Of a stretch of DNA of 64,000 nt, positions 1 to 11,786 are shown in pieces. The notes under the pieces were generated by a model, which saw nothing but the letters and a program-made list of their open reading frames with translations, was not told where the DNA came from and did no database searches. The stretch's first letter is position 1; each line of letters opens with the position of its first letter. Origin of the DNA: Mobula hypostoma (lineage: Eukaryota); NCBI RefSeq assembly GCF_963921235.1, contig NC_086108.1:43526001-43590000 (forward strand). The letters are read 5' to 3'. Made by a program: the position numbers and the translations under genes.

Positions 1-24
1 CGTCACCACGTACAGAGATACAGT

Positions 25-598
25 TGGCCTCCTCTACTGTCGAGATGAAGTCACACATTTTAATTCCACATCCCATTCTGATATGTGAATCCACGGCCTC
101 CTCTACTGTAGAGATGAAGCCACACTCAGGTTGGAGGAACAACACCTTATATCCCGTCTGGGTAGCCTCCAACCTGATGGCAGTTTCTCTAACTTCCGTT
201 AATGCCCCTCATCCCCTTATATAGATATAAAATTTCCTTTTTTTCCCCTCTCTCACTTTTTTCTCTCTCTGTCCCTCTCACTATAACTCCTTGCCCATCC
301 TCTGGGCTCCCCTCTCCCTTTCTTTCTCCCAAGACTTCCCGTCCCATGATCCTCTCCCTTCTCCAGCCTTGTATCCCTTTTGCCAATCAACTTTACAGCT
401 CTTGGCTCCACCCCTCCCCCTCCTGTCTTCTCCTATCATTTCAGATCTCCCCTTCCCCCTCCCACTTCCAAATCCCTTACTAGCTCTTCTTTCAATTCGT
501 CCTGACGAAGGGTCTTGGCCCGAAATGTCGACTGTACCTCTTCCTATAGATGCTGCCTGGCCTGCTGCGTCCACCAGCATTTTTATGTGTGTTGCTCG
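25..598 (+). mobile_element. Penelope-like element 3' fragment (GIY-YIG C-terminus + pyrimidine-rich UTR + hammerhead-bearing pLTR)
   Basis: One frame reads HFNSTSHSDM*IHGLLYCRDEATLRLEEQHLISRLGSLQPDG, the C-terminus typical of PLE GIY-YIG endonucleases. Flanked by a 10-bp duplication gagatacagt (15-24, 599-608). Bases 26-56 are repeated at 96-126. Confidence 0.8.
498..533 (+). ncRNA. Minimal type I hammerhead ribozyme motif
   Basis: cgtc-CTGACGA(502-508)-A-GGGTCTTGGCCC-GAAA(522-525)-TGTC-gact. Helix I gtc/gac, helix II GGGT/GCCC, GUC cleavage triplet. Confidence 0.7.
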
Positions 599-940
599 GA
601 GATACAGTGAAAGGTTTTTGCTTGCATGTCATTCGGATATATTATTCGGCAAGGAAGTGGATGGAGCTAATACATAAAACAAAACAGAATCCAGAATATA
701 GTGTTAGAGAGAATGTGCGGTGCAGGCTGATAAAGAAAGTGCAAAGACCGTGACTAAGGAACTTGGGAAATCAAGAGATTATCTTTCAGTGTATGAGAGG
801 TGCGATACGGTAAAATGGAAGCTGTCCTTTAGTAATTGCCTGCTAAGTTTGGAATGCATTTCAAAGCTAAATGTTATACTTGACGATCAGACAGTGTGAA
901 ATATTGCCTGAGAGCGTACCCAGTTTAAGGTGAAAAGTGT

Positions 941-1135
941 AAACTGAAAATGGTGGAAGCACTCCGCAGGTCAGGCAACATCTGTAGGAGGGGAAACAGG
1001 GTTAACATTTCAGTCAGCAGATCTTTGGCGGGGTCTCTGATACCTTCGCTATAACGTTAACTCCGTTTCTCTTTTCACAGGCGCTGACTGGCCTGCTGGC
1101 TGTTGCCACCATTTTGAAGTTTTATTTCAGATTTC
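941..1135. mobile_element. Old degenerate palindromic PLE-derived element
   Basis: aaaatggtggaagcactccgcaggtcaggcaacatctgt...gttaac is mirrored by gttaac...acaggcgctgactggcctgctggctgttgccaccatttt, matching the arm sequence of the younger copies. The ribozyme core is lost. Confidence 0.55.
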
Positions 1136-1249
1136 CCGTACTTCCAGGTCTATTTCTTAAGGAAATAAATTTAAGCACCGTGAGGCGATTGTAAAAAGTC
1201 GGGCGCAAGTGGAACATCAAAATTTCCACGTCACTGCACCAGTTCGAGT

Positions 1250-1367
1250 GGGCACAGGATGGTAGGGGTATGATCCGGGTGCAGGTCGGTGGGAGTAGGT
1301 GTTTAACTAGTTCGGCATGGACTAAATGGGCCTGTTTCTCTGCTGTATTTTTCTATGAACCTATGAC
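1250..1367 (+). mobile_element. CR1 LINE 3' UTR fragment
   Basis: gggtgcaggtcggtgggagtagg...ttcggcatggactaaatgggcctgtttctctgctgta resembles the CR1 tail at 13370-13475. Confidence 0.55.
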
Positions 1368-1399
1368 AGTTTTCGCTTTTATAGGAACGTCGTTTTTAC

Positions 1400-1990
1400 T
1401 TTGTTTATGCAGCAAGCGAACAGATGCAGTTTCCCCCGAACCGCCCTTTGAAATTGGAACGCGATTTTTTTTACTGTTTGAACTCCCGAAAAATGATGCG
1501 GGATGAGCTTTCGTCCGGAACCACGGGGCCTTTCTAAAAGCGCCCCTGGGCTTTTAGCAACCCGGGCGCCGTGTGCTGTGAACGGGGAGGAGGCGGCTCA
1601 CCAGCTGTTTCGTTCCAAGATTTCCCTGGAAAGCAGAATTTTACCGTTTTGTGGCAGCGGTTTAGAAAAGTGAAGTGCAGAGTGGCGGAACTGCTCAGGT
1701 GACGGGGAGAAGGGTAGTGCCGCGGGAGACAGGGCGAATTCTGAACCAGGACAGTTTGCAGCGGGCACATGCTCTCCAAGACCGGCCGCCGCATACCTTA
1801 CTCAACTGGTGCCAACAATTCGAGTCCCTGACCAAGATTTGATAGTTACCAATTGGGAAATGGAGGCAATTATCTTTAGGATTTTGCTGACGTTAGCATT
1901 TTTACTTCTACTCGGTCTTGAGTGGTTCCTGTCCTGCCCGAGGTGAGATCGTGCCCCACTCCTGGCATACGGCATATTTAAAATTTACTT
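1400..1990. promoter_or_regulatory. CpG-rich, promoter-like region
   Basis: Visibly high GC and CpG density in non-repeat sequence (ccgggcgccg, gccgcggg, ccggccgccgc) against a CpG-poor background. Splice-donor-like motifs lie on both strands nearby. Confidence 0.5.
1860..1942 (+). CDS. Candidate first coding exon, hydrophobic N-terminal peptide MEAIIFRILLTLAFLLLLGLEWFLSCP
   Basis: Strong Kozak context (gaaATGG), 27 codons rich in L/I/F, ending at AG|GTGAGA donor (1943), inside the CpG-rich region. No homolog recognised. Confidence 0.35.
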
Positions 1991-2424
1991 CACGAGTCAT
2001 ACAGCACAGAACCAGGCCTTTTGGCTCGCTTGGGAATGTTGGATCTCCCTCCACTCCATTCTAGTTATTGATAGTTTACTTCAGAATTTTTTTCACAATT
2101 ATCATACATGAACTTATAACCCTCAATATTGTTTTTGTGTTTCCAACCCGCGTGGAGGTTTGTTCCTGGATTTCCGTTTTCTGACCTGCTGCTCCCTCCG
2201 TATATCCCGTTGCTTTCTGTGGGCTGGGGTCCTTGATCCCTCTGGACCTTTCTTATTTTGGAAACAATGGCCAGTTTTTTTTTCGGACGGGAAGGAAGTT
2301 TACAGGGGAAAGAGATGACTCGATATTTCTGGCAATGGCTAAGAGCAGGAGATTCAATACGATCCATCCGGCGGACAGACGGAGTAACTCGACCCGTGTA
2401 CACTACTCCTATGATAACCCTGCC

Positions 2425-3084
2425 TGAAGAAAGCTAATGGCATGCTGGCCTTCATAACAAGGGGAATTGAGTATAAGAACAAAGAGGTCCTTCTGCAGCT
2501 GTACAGAACCCAGTTGAGACCACACATGGAGTACTGTGTACAGTTTTGGTCTCCAAATTTGAGGAAGGACATTCTTGCTATTGACGGAGTGCAGCGTAGG
2601 TTCACAAGGTTAATTCCTGGGATGGCGGGTCTGTCATATGTTGAAAGATTGGAGTGACTGGGCTTGTATACGCTGGAATTTAGAAGGCTGAGAGGGGATC
2701 TTATTGAAACATATAAGATTATTAAGGAATTGGACACGCTGGAAGCAGGAAGCATGTTCCCGCTGATAGGTGAGTCCAGAACCAGAGGCCACAGTTTGAG
2801 AATAAGGGGTAGGCCATTTAGAACGGAGTTGAGGAAAAACTTTTTCACCCAGAGAGTGATGGATATATGGAATGCTCTGCCCCAGAAGGCTGTGGAGGCC
2901 AAGTCTCTGGATGCTTTCAGGAAAGAGATGGATAGAGCTCTTAAAGATAGAGGAATCAAAGGTTATGGGGATAAGGCAGAAACTGAATACTGATTGTGGA
3001 TGATCAGCCATGATCACAGTGAATGGCGATGCTGGCTCGAAGGGCCGAATGGCCTACTCCTGCACCTATTGTCTATTGTCTATT
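2425..3084 (+). mobile_element. CR1 LINE 3' fragment
   Basis: ORFs 2442-2657 and 2664-2993 encode the CR1 ORF2 C-terminus (RPHMEYCVQFWSP, TRGHSLRI). Ends in a (ctattgt)n tail. Same subfamily as the copy at 16596-23777. Confidence 0.92.
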
Positions 3085-3109
3085 CTCCCCACGTTGACAT
3101 CCCCTCCCA

Positions 3110-3300
3110 TCCAGCTTCCACCACACTAGCGGAAATGTACCGTGGCCAATTAACCTAGCAACCGGCGTGTACTTCCGATGTATAGAAAACCGGAGCGTTC
3201 CGAGATGAGCAACGCGGGCACAGGAGGAACGTGGACAGCACCTGACATTAGCGGGGTCCAGCCCGGATGGCTGGAGATGGGAACGCCAATGCGACTGCGC
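3110..3300 (-). mobile_element. Degenerate V-SINE-like tRNA SINE
   Basis: gccaattaacctagcaaccggcgtg...aaaaccggagcg matches the reverse V-domain also seen at 50640-50690 and 51230-51340. Confidence 0.55.
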
Positions 3301-3649
3301 CGTCCTCCCTTCTCGCTCCTTCGCCTCCTACTTGGCGCCTTCCTTCAACGCGGACTTTCCACATGAAGCTGACGCCAGACTCGGAAATAAAAATGCGTGC
3401 GTGGTTAAAAGATGTGTTATTTTAACATTGGCGATGAGTTGATAAGTGAGGGGAAGGAAATTAACAGTGAACAAAAGATTTTTATCTACTGTAACCATAA
3501 CAATTTAACATATTATTTTGCAAACTGTATTTCTGCAGGTTCGGGGGTGGGGGGGGATCACGTCAAATGGTGGGAGAGAGGGGACAGTGAAAGGCTCTGG
3601 GGCAATGAGCCTAAGTTTTTTGTTTCATGCAAGGGATGTGTGCTTCGCA

Positions 3650-4110
3650 GCCGAGCCAGCCAGCATTTGATTGATTATCCCAATTAGTCCTTAAGAAGGC
3701 TGTGGAGAGCTGCCCTTATGAACTGCTGCAGTACTTGGGGAGTCCGGCTTCCCATCTTGCAGCCAGGGCGACAGTTCTGGGATTGCGATAGTAACAGTGT
3801 AAGAATGGTGATAAATTTCCCAGTCAGGATGCTGGGAGGCTTGGAGGGCAACCTCAAGGTGGCTGTGTTCCCGTGTCATGGGTTTGGAAGGTGATCTCTA
3901 AGTGTCCTGCAGATGCTTCAAACTGTGTCACCGCCGGTGTTGAGCTCGAGTGTCGTGGAAGCTGCAGTTACCCAGGGAAGAGGGCAGTGTTCCAACACGT
4001 TCCTGACTTGGGAGTCACCCACCGCAGGATCACTGGTCTCTGGTCTGCTCCTGTAACCATATTGTGTACGTGGCTACTCCAGTTTAGCTCCTGATCAGTG
4101 GTGAAGTCTG
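3650..4110 (-). mobile_element. Ancient CR1-clade LINE 3' remnant
   Basis: Shares the pattern of the degenerate copy at 55310-55700 (tcccagtcaggatgctgggaggcttggagggcaacctcaaggtggctgtgttccc). Confidence 0.45.
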
Positions 4111-4215
4111 GTTAAGTGTCCCGCCTTAAGAGCTGGATCTGGGTTGCAAATCCCAAGCTCCATTCATTGAATCCCAACTCTGGATTACGATATCCAAGCA
4201 CACAGTGCCAGATCC

Positions 4216-7200
4216 CATAAGACCATAAGATATAGGAACAGAAGTAGGCCATTCGGCCCATTGAGTCTGCTCTGCCATTCAATCATGGGCTGATTCAATT
4301 CTTCCAGTCATCCCCACTCCCCTGCTTTCACCCCATATGCTTTGATGCCCTGGCTAATCAAGAACCTATCTATCTCTGCCTTAACACACAATGACTTGGC
4401 CTTCACAGCCGCTCGTGGCAACAAATTCCACAGATTTAACACCCTCTGATTAAAGTAATTTCTTTACACCTCTATTCTATATGGGCGTCCTTCAATACTG
4501 AAGTTGTGGCCTCTTGTCCTAGACTCCCCTACCATCGAAAATAAATTTGCCATATCTAATCTGCTCAGACCTTTTAACATTTGGAATGTGTCTATGAGAT
4601 TTTCCCTCATTGTTCTGCTCTCCAGGGAATACAGCCCAAGAGCTGCCAGATGTTCCTCATATGATAACCCTTTCATTCCTGGAATCATTCTCATGAACCT
4701 TCTCTGAACCCTCTCCAATATCAGTATATCCATTCTAAAATAAGGAGCACACAATACTCCGTGTGGTCTCGCGAGTGCCTTAGAGAGCCTCAACATCACA
4801 TCCCTGCTCTTATATTCTATACCTCTAGAAATGAGTGCCAACATTGTGTTCACCTTCTTCACCATTGATTCAACCTGGAGGTTGACCTTTAGGGTATCTT
4901 GTACAAGGACTCCAAATTCCCTTTGCATCTCTGCATTTTGAATTCTCTCCCCATCTAAATAATAGTCTGCTCATTTATTTCTTCCACCAAAGTGCATGGA
5001 CATACACTTTCCAACATTGTATTTCATTTGCCACTTCTTTGTCCATTTTCCTAAACTATCTAAGTCTCTCTGTAGGCTCTCTGTTTCCTCAACACTACCC
5101 ACTCCTCCAGCTGTCTTTATATCATAGGCAAATTTGGCCACAAATCCATTAATCCCATAGTCCAGATCACTGACATACATCGTAAAAAGTAGCAGTCCCA
5201 ACACCGACCCCTGTGGAGCTCCACTGGTAACTGGCAGCCAGCCAGAATAGGATCCCTTTATTCCCACTCTGTTTTCTGACGACCAGCTAGTTCTCCACCC
5301 ATGCTAGTAACTCCCCTGTAATTCTATCGGCTCTTATCTTGCTAAGCAGCCTCTTGGGTGGCACCTCGTCAAAGGCCTTCTGAAAATCCTAGTACACCAC
5401 ATCCATTGCATCTCCTTTGTCTACCCTGCTTGTAATTTCCTCAAAAAATTGCAGTAGGTTAGTCTGGCAGGATTTTCCTTTCAGGAAACCATGCTGGCTT
5501 TGGCCCATCTTGTCGTGTGCCTCCAGGTATTCCGTAATCTCATCCCTAACAATCGATTCCAAAAACTTCCCAACCACTGATGTCAGGCTAACAGGTCTAT
5601 AGTTTCCTTCTTAAATAGTGGAGTAACATTTGCAATTTTCTTGTCATCTGGTATAATGCCAGAATCTATCGATTCTTGAAAGATCATTGTTAATGCCTCT
5701 GCAATCTCTCCAGCTGCTTCCTTCAGAACCCAAGAGTGCATTCCATCAGGTCCAGGAGATTTATCCACCCTCAGACCATTAAGCTTCCTGAGCACCTCCT
5801 CAGTCGTAATTTTCACTGCACAAACTTCACTTCCATGACACTCTTGAATGTCCGGTATATTGCAGATGTCTTCCACTGTGAAGACTGATGCAAAATACGC
5901 ATTCAGTTCCTCTGCCAGTTCTGCGTCTCTCATTACAATATCTTCAGTGTCATTTTCTATTGCTCCTATATCTACCATCAACTCTGTTTTACCCTTTATA
6001 TACTTAAAAAAAGCTTTTAGTATTTTCTTTGATATTAGTCACCAGCTTCCTTTCATAATTCATCTTTTCCTTCCTAATGATCTTCTTAGTTTCCTTCTGC
6101 AAGTTTTTAAAAGCTTCCCAATCCTCTATTTTCCCACTAGCTTTGGCTTCCTTGTATGCCCTTTCTTTTGCTTTTACCTTGGCTTTGACTTCACTTGTCA
6201 GCCACAGTAGTGTCCTTCTAATATTAGAAAATTTCTTCTTATTTGAAATATATCTGTCTTGCATTTCCCTCATTTTTGGCAGAAACTCCAGCCATTGCTG
6301 CTCTGCTGTCCTTCCTGCTAGTGTCCCTTTCCAGTCAACTTTGGCCAGTTCCCCTCTCATGCCATTGTAATTTCCTTTATTCCACTGAAATACCGACTCC
6401 TTGGATCTTAGTTTCTCCTTCTCAAATTTCAAAGTGAACTCGATCGTATTGTGATCACTGTTCCCTAAAGATTCCTTAATCTTACACTCTCTTATCACCT
6501 CTGGATCATTGCACAACTCCCAATCCAGCACAGCCAATCCCCTGGTTGGCTCAACAACAAGCTGATCTAAAAAGCCATCCCTTAGACATGCTACAAATTC
6601 TCTTTCTTGAGGTCCAGTACTAGCCTGGTTTTTCCAATTTACTTTCATGTTAAAATCCCAAACGTTTATCATGACATTGCCCTTCTGATATGCCTTTTCT
6701 ATCTCCTGCTGTAATTTGTAATCCACATCCCTGATGCTGTTTGGAGGTCTGTATATAATTGCCATTAGGGTTCTTTTACCCTTGCCATTTCTTAACTCAA
6801 CCCATAGAGACTCTACACCTTCCAATCCTATGTCTTCCCTTTCTAATGATTTAATATTATTTCTTATACACAGGGCCAAACCACTCCCTCTACCTACTAA
6901 CCTATCTTTCTGATACACCATATATCCTCAGACATTGAGCTCCCAATGGCAGTCATCCTTTAGCCAAGTTTCAGAGATGATCACAGCGTGGGACTAGGCA
7001 GAAAAATTGGTTCGGCACAGCCAAGAAGAGCCAAAAGGCCTGTTTCTGTGCTGTAATGTTCTATGGTTCTATGGTCATGCTTGCCAGTCTGTAGCTGAAT
7101 TTCAAGATTATCCATTTTATTTCTTATGCTGTATGCATTCAAATATAACACTTTCAGTCCAGTATTTGTTGCTTTCTGTTTTAACTGCACCACATCACTA

Positions 7201-7400
7201 TTGCCTTGTAATTCATCCCACTGACTGTGACTATGCCTCATCTCCTGCCTGTCCTTTCTATCATCTCTGTTGCACGTTATCTTTGATTTATTTCTGTTTT
7301 CCTCTTCCTCTGCCCTATCACTCCAGTTCCAATCCCCCTGCCAAATTAGTTTAAACCCTCCCTAACAGTTCTATTAAACCTGCCTGCTAGGATGTTGGAC
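4216..7400 (-). mobile_element. CR1 LINE with nearly complete but disrupted ORF2 (APE endonuclease + RT)
   Basis: ORF pieces read KVLYLNAYSIRNK, ESLWVELRNGKG...IYRPPN, GNSDHNTIEF (APE), KSPGPDG, SQHGFLKGKSC, GAPQGSVLG, AKFAYDIK and TRGH. Tail (cataagac)n at 4216. Confidence 0.93.
6984..7073 (+). mobile_element. Short CR1 3' tail nested in the minus-strand CR1
   Basis: gtgggactagg...ttcggcacagcc...ggcctgtttctgtgctgtaatgttctatggttctatg interrupts the APE coding sequence in the opposite orientation. Confidence 0.75.
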
Positions 7401-8048
7401 CCCTTTGCGATCCTAAGTACCTAGATCCAGATCACAGACTCCAGGGTTTAGTAAATCCTAGAGTGTTCAACCAAAATCAAATGCTGGAGATACTGAAAAA
7501 CTAAAAACAAGCAGAGTAGAGATGAAAGGCTCCCAAACTGAAACATTTACTGTTTCTCTCCTCATTAATACTGCATGACCTGCTAAGTATTACCATCATT
7601 TTCGGTTTTCATTTCAGATTTCTTTTATTTGTGGTTTTCGGCTTTTTTGCGAACTCTAGGTGCCATTCCTGCAGTCCATTGGCCTGATGTTTGTGGTCCA
7701 CATGGTCAACTCTCCATCCCCGTATCTCACTCACATACAATGGGCAGAGGAATTTCCTCCAGGTCACAAATACATGGCCAGAGGAAAATATCCAGAGAAA
7801 AACAAAAGAGGAGTCTTTGGAACACTGGGACTGGAACGATTGGTTATGAACTCAATCATGGTTCAAGGCAAAATTGGTGATAGTAGGATTAAGAAAAAAG
7901 AAACAAGAGATAGATCCAGATGAGATATAGTTTCAACAGGACAAAAATGTCTACAACAGGAATTCTGCAGATGCTGGAAATTCAAGCAACATATATCAAA
8001 GTTGCTGGTGAACGCAGCAGGCCAAGCAGCATCTATAGGAAGAGGCGC

Positions 8049-8084
8049 AGTCGACGTTTCAGGCCGAGACCCTTCGTCAGGACT
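8049..8084 (-). ncRNA. Minimal type I hammerhead ribozyme motif
   Basis: Reverse complement reads agtc-CTGACGA-A-GGGTCTCGGCCT-GAAA-CGTC-gact. Confidence 0.72.
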
Positions 8085-8098
8085 AACTGAAGGAAGTT

Positions 8099-8134
8099 AG
8101 TCCTGATGAAGGGTCTCGGCCTGAAACGTCGACT
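8099..8134 (+). ncRNA. Minimal type I hammerhead ribozyme motif
   Basis: agtc-CTGATGA(8103-8109)-A-GGGTCTCGGCCT-GAAA(8123-8126)-CGTC-gact. Confidence 0.72.
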
Positions 8135-8494
8135 GCGCCTCTTCCTATAGATGCTGCTTGGCCTGCTGCGTTCACCAGCAACTTTGATATATGTTACAAA
8201 AATGTCTGTTTGTTTATTTTTCTGTCTCTGTTTAAAATGATATATCTCTAACATCATTAATATCAGATGACCAGTGGCTATACATATTAGTTGTCTTTCT
8301 CTCTCCTGGCCTGATCTGCTGACATTTTTTTCTATTTCCAGTTATGAACACTCACATTGCTTTTGCTCCTCTGTTTTATTAACTACAGACTGCAGGTCAT
8401 TGAAGTGATTTATTTTCCAGTTGGAATTAACTTCATCAAATACTGAATTCCACAGTTTCTCTGAAGGCCGAGAGAACTTTGTATAAACACAAAC

Positions 8495-8627
8495 ATAAGA
8501 GATTTTGCAGATACTGGAAATCCAAAGCACCACACACAAAATGGCAGAGGAACTCAGCAGGTCTGGCATCAGCTATGGAAGTTAATAAATAGTCTACATT
8601 TTGGGCAGAGACCTTTCATTGGGACTG
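8495..8627 (-). mobile_element. Degenerate single PLE pLTR arm
   Basis: gagattttgcagatactggaaatcc...aactcagcaggtctggcatc...gagacctttcattgggactg. The ribozyme core is decayed. Confidence 0.6.
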
Positions 8628-8863
8628 TATACTGTAAATGCAGCAGCTGTTCAGAACAAACCTGGATTCATGAATTGACCTAACACTCCCTCCTTGCAGC
8701 TTTTGTATTGGCATCTCTTTAAATCCTGTGGATTCCCATCTCTGGATTTATTCCTCACTTTATACTTCCTCCTCCTGGGTGCAACCTGTTTGGCGTTTGG
8801 TGCATGGAACTGTAAAATGTTTAACTCACCATTGAGAACATCTACCATAAACGCTGCCTGGGC

Positions 8864-9221
8864 AGGGCGAAAAGCATATTCAGGGATGCATCTCACCCAA
8901 ACCATGGACTTTTTATTCTCCTCCCAACCGGTATGCGCTACAGGAGCCTCCGCTCCTGCACCAACTGGCACAGGAAGAGCTTCTTCCCTGAGGCTGTGAC
9001 ACTGCTGAACCTCTCATCACAGCGCTAAGCAGTATTGCATCTGTATTGTACTGTCTCAGTACTTTTATATTTGTGTGCTGTAGCACTTTTTTATTTGCAG
9101 TTATTTTGTAAATAACACTTTTCTTTGCATTTCTGGTCAGATGCTAAATGCATTTCATTGGCTTTGTATCTGTACTCGGCACAATGACAATAAAGTTGAA
9201 TCTAATCTAATCTAATCTAAT
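8864..9221 (+). mobile_element. Rex1/Babar-type LINE 3' end
   Basis: Frame reads AKSIFRDASHPNHGLFILLPTGMRYRSLRS...RKSFFPEAVTLLN*, followed by AATAAA and an (aatct)n tail. Confidence 0.8.
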
Positions 9222-10014
9222 TTTCTTTCAATTCCCTTTATAATAAGTACCATTATGGTATCTGTATAAATAGTAGAATCACAAGTTACCATAATCCTCT
9301 TCACGGTAGGGTTTAAACATGTACAGTGTTCATTTCTTTGCATTAATCTATAGATTATTTTGCTTGAATTAATTGGGAGTCAGAAAAGTTTACACAATTT
9401 TTGATGTAAGGGAGCAGTATGAGCAGTCTGACGTTAAGAAGGTCATGACTTGGAGGAGATGCAACTTGAGAGGTTTGCAAGTGGTTAAGAAACCTGAACT
9501 GAGACAAGATCTAGAGGGCTGGATCAATGAATGAAATTGTGAGACATAAAGTTCAGGTCATTGGGAATACGAGGTGGTGCGGTGGATGCAATGGGAAGGG
9601 CTCTTGCAGCTGTGGAGAAAATACAAAAGATTAATGGGAAGAATATCAGTTAAAAAGACAAGTAGCATTGATACCACCGATTGTGAATACAACAAAATAA
9701 CAGCAAGATCACAATGCAATTTAATAGTAATCTAGTTATAAACTACAGATGGACATTTACGGAGAGTGAGCAGGTTATGAATCTTGATTTAAGTCATCCT
9801 CTCCTCAGTAGTATATTGAGGATGACAGCAGATTTCTTCAGCACCCATTATATATCAAAGGCATTCTTATACTGAAACTTGGCATATAGTGGTAAGTGGA
9901 TATATTTAAATAAAATAAAGTCAGACGTAGCTCCATGCAGTTCCAGTGGCCCTAGCAGGTTATTGAAATACTCGAGGTGTAGTGTTAGTTGAAATGGAGA
10001 AATTTTGGTAGAAA

Positions 10015-10400
10015 ATTTGCCCACAGCAAACTCTCAAGACACCAAGGGCAAAAGGAATTTGTGAGATAAATATTGTTCAAAATGCTGGGAGAACTCACCT
10101 GATTTATTTGAATAGTGAGATGAGCTCCTTTCAAACAGGAAATGTCACTTTGTGTGGTATGATTCTAAGCCTTGACTTGCCTAGCAGTGGGAGTCAACTC
10201 TGGTTAGCGGAGAAATAACTTGGTAGAATATGAACTATATTACATAAAATAATTTGTTTAAGTTAGTATCCAAGATCAATATTCAGCAATATAGGGTTTA
10301 ATGTCTCTTCCAAAATACGGTCTTCTGATAACACCACAACTATGGGCTGGACATTTGGGTTCAGGTCTCTAGAGAGAAACTTAAATCTGCACATTTCTAT
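10015..10400 (-). mobile_element. Ancient Deu-domain SINE-like remnant
   Basis: gagataaatattgttcaaaatgctgggagaactcacctg...gaatagtg and gggtttaatgtctcttccaaaatacgg resemble the reverse Deu domain and tRNA head of AmnSINE1/SacSINE1-type SINEs (recalled, not aligned). Confidence 0.4.
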
Positions 10401-10543
10401 CAGTCTACAAAATATCTCGTTCTTGCTTTAATAAACCAAGTCTGCTGAACGGATATGAGACTTGCTGTTTCCATTTTGTAATTAAGGATGTGCAAGAGGC
10501 CAGAACTGGGGAAATGCAAAGAATTTTAGGGGATTGTTCGGCT

Positions 10544-10994
10544 GGATATTATAGATAGGGAGGATAAGGTTATGGATATTATAGAGATAGGGAGGATAAC
10601 GTTATGGATATTATAGAGATAGGGAGGATAACATTATGGATATTATAGAGAGAGGGAGGATAAGGTTATAGATATTATAGAGATAGGGAGGGTAACAATA
10701 TGGATATTATAGAGATAGGGAGGATAACGTTATGGATATTATAGAGAGAGGGAGGATAAGGTTATGGATATTATAGAGATAGGGAGGGTAACATTATGGA
10801 TATTATAGAGATAGGGAGGATGACGTTATGGATATTATAGAGAGAGGGAGGATAAAGTTATGGATATTATAGAGATAGGGAGGGTAACATTATGGATATT
10901 ATAGAGATAGGGAGGATAACGTTATGGATATTATAGAGAGAGGGAGGATAAGGTTATGGATATTATAAAGATAGGGAGGATAACGTTATGGATG
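10544..10994. repeat. 32-bp minisatellite, about 14 copies
   Basis: Unit ggatattatagagatagggaggataacgttat with patterned variants. Confidence 0.95.
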
Positions 10995-11024
10995 GGTTGA
11001 ATACAAGCATAATAATTCCAAAAT

Positions 11025-11786
11025 TATTCCATGCACTTTGTTAACAAGAATAAAGACGTAGACTATTTTCTAAATGGGGAGAAAATTCAAAAATCGGAGG
11101 TGCAAAGGGACTTGGGAGATCTTTGCAGGATTCCCTAAAGGCTAACTTGCAGGTTGAGTCAGTGATAAGGAAGGCAAATGTAATGTTAGCACTTATTTTG
11201 AGAGGACTAGAATATAAGAGCATGGATGTAATGCAGAGGTCTTATAAGGCATCGGTCAGATCACACGCCAAGTATCGTGAGGAGTTTCGAGCCCCTTAGA
11301 AGATGTGCTGGCATTGGAGAGGGCCCAGAGGAGGTTCATGAGAATGATTCTGGGAATGAAAGGGTTAATGTATGAGGAGCATTTGATGGCTCTGGGCCTG
11401 TAGTCGCCGGAGTTTAGAAAAATGAGGAGGATCTCACTGTAACCTATTGAATACTGAAAACCCTAGACAGACTGGAATTGGAAAGGATATTTCCTATAGT
11501 GGTGGAAATCTAGGAGCAGAAGGCACAGCCTCAGAATAGAGGGACATCCATTTAGAACAGAGAAGAGCAATAATTTATTTAGCCAGAAGCTGGTGAATCA
11601 GTGGAATTCATTGCCACAGATTGCTTTGGAGGCCAAGTCATTGGGTATGTTTAAAACAGAGGTTCTTGATTAATCAGGGTGTCAAAGGTTATAGGGAGAA
11701 GGCAAGAAAATGGGGTTGAGAGGGATAATGAATCAGCCATTCAATGGGCCAAAGGCTCTAATTCTGCTCCTATGCCTTGTGGTCTA
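11025..11786 (+). mobile_element. CR1 LINE 3' fragment, degenerate
   Basis: Reads YFLNGEKIQK...VQRDLG and RRFMRMILGMKGL, followed by a CR1-type 3' UTR. Confidence 0.85.

Larger units (their letters stand above)
7953..8195. mobile_element. Palindromic PLE-derived element with one hammerhead motif per strand
   Basis: Arms of about 101 bp (7988-8088, 8095-8195) are reverse complements with one mismatch. A 12-bp TSD acaaaaatgtct lies at 7941-7952 and 8196-8207. Confidence 0.88.

Noticed and set aside
189..677. Overlapping Pro/Leu/Ser- or Gly/Arg-rich ORFs (also 37109-38192)
   Set aside because: They are low-complexity PLE UTR sequence read in non-coding frames.
10544..10994. CRISPR-like periodicity
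   Set aside because: Units are contiguous with no unique spacers, there are no cas genes, and the context is eukaryotic.
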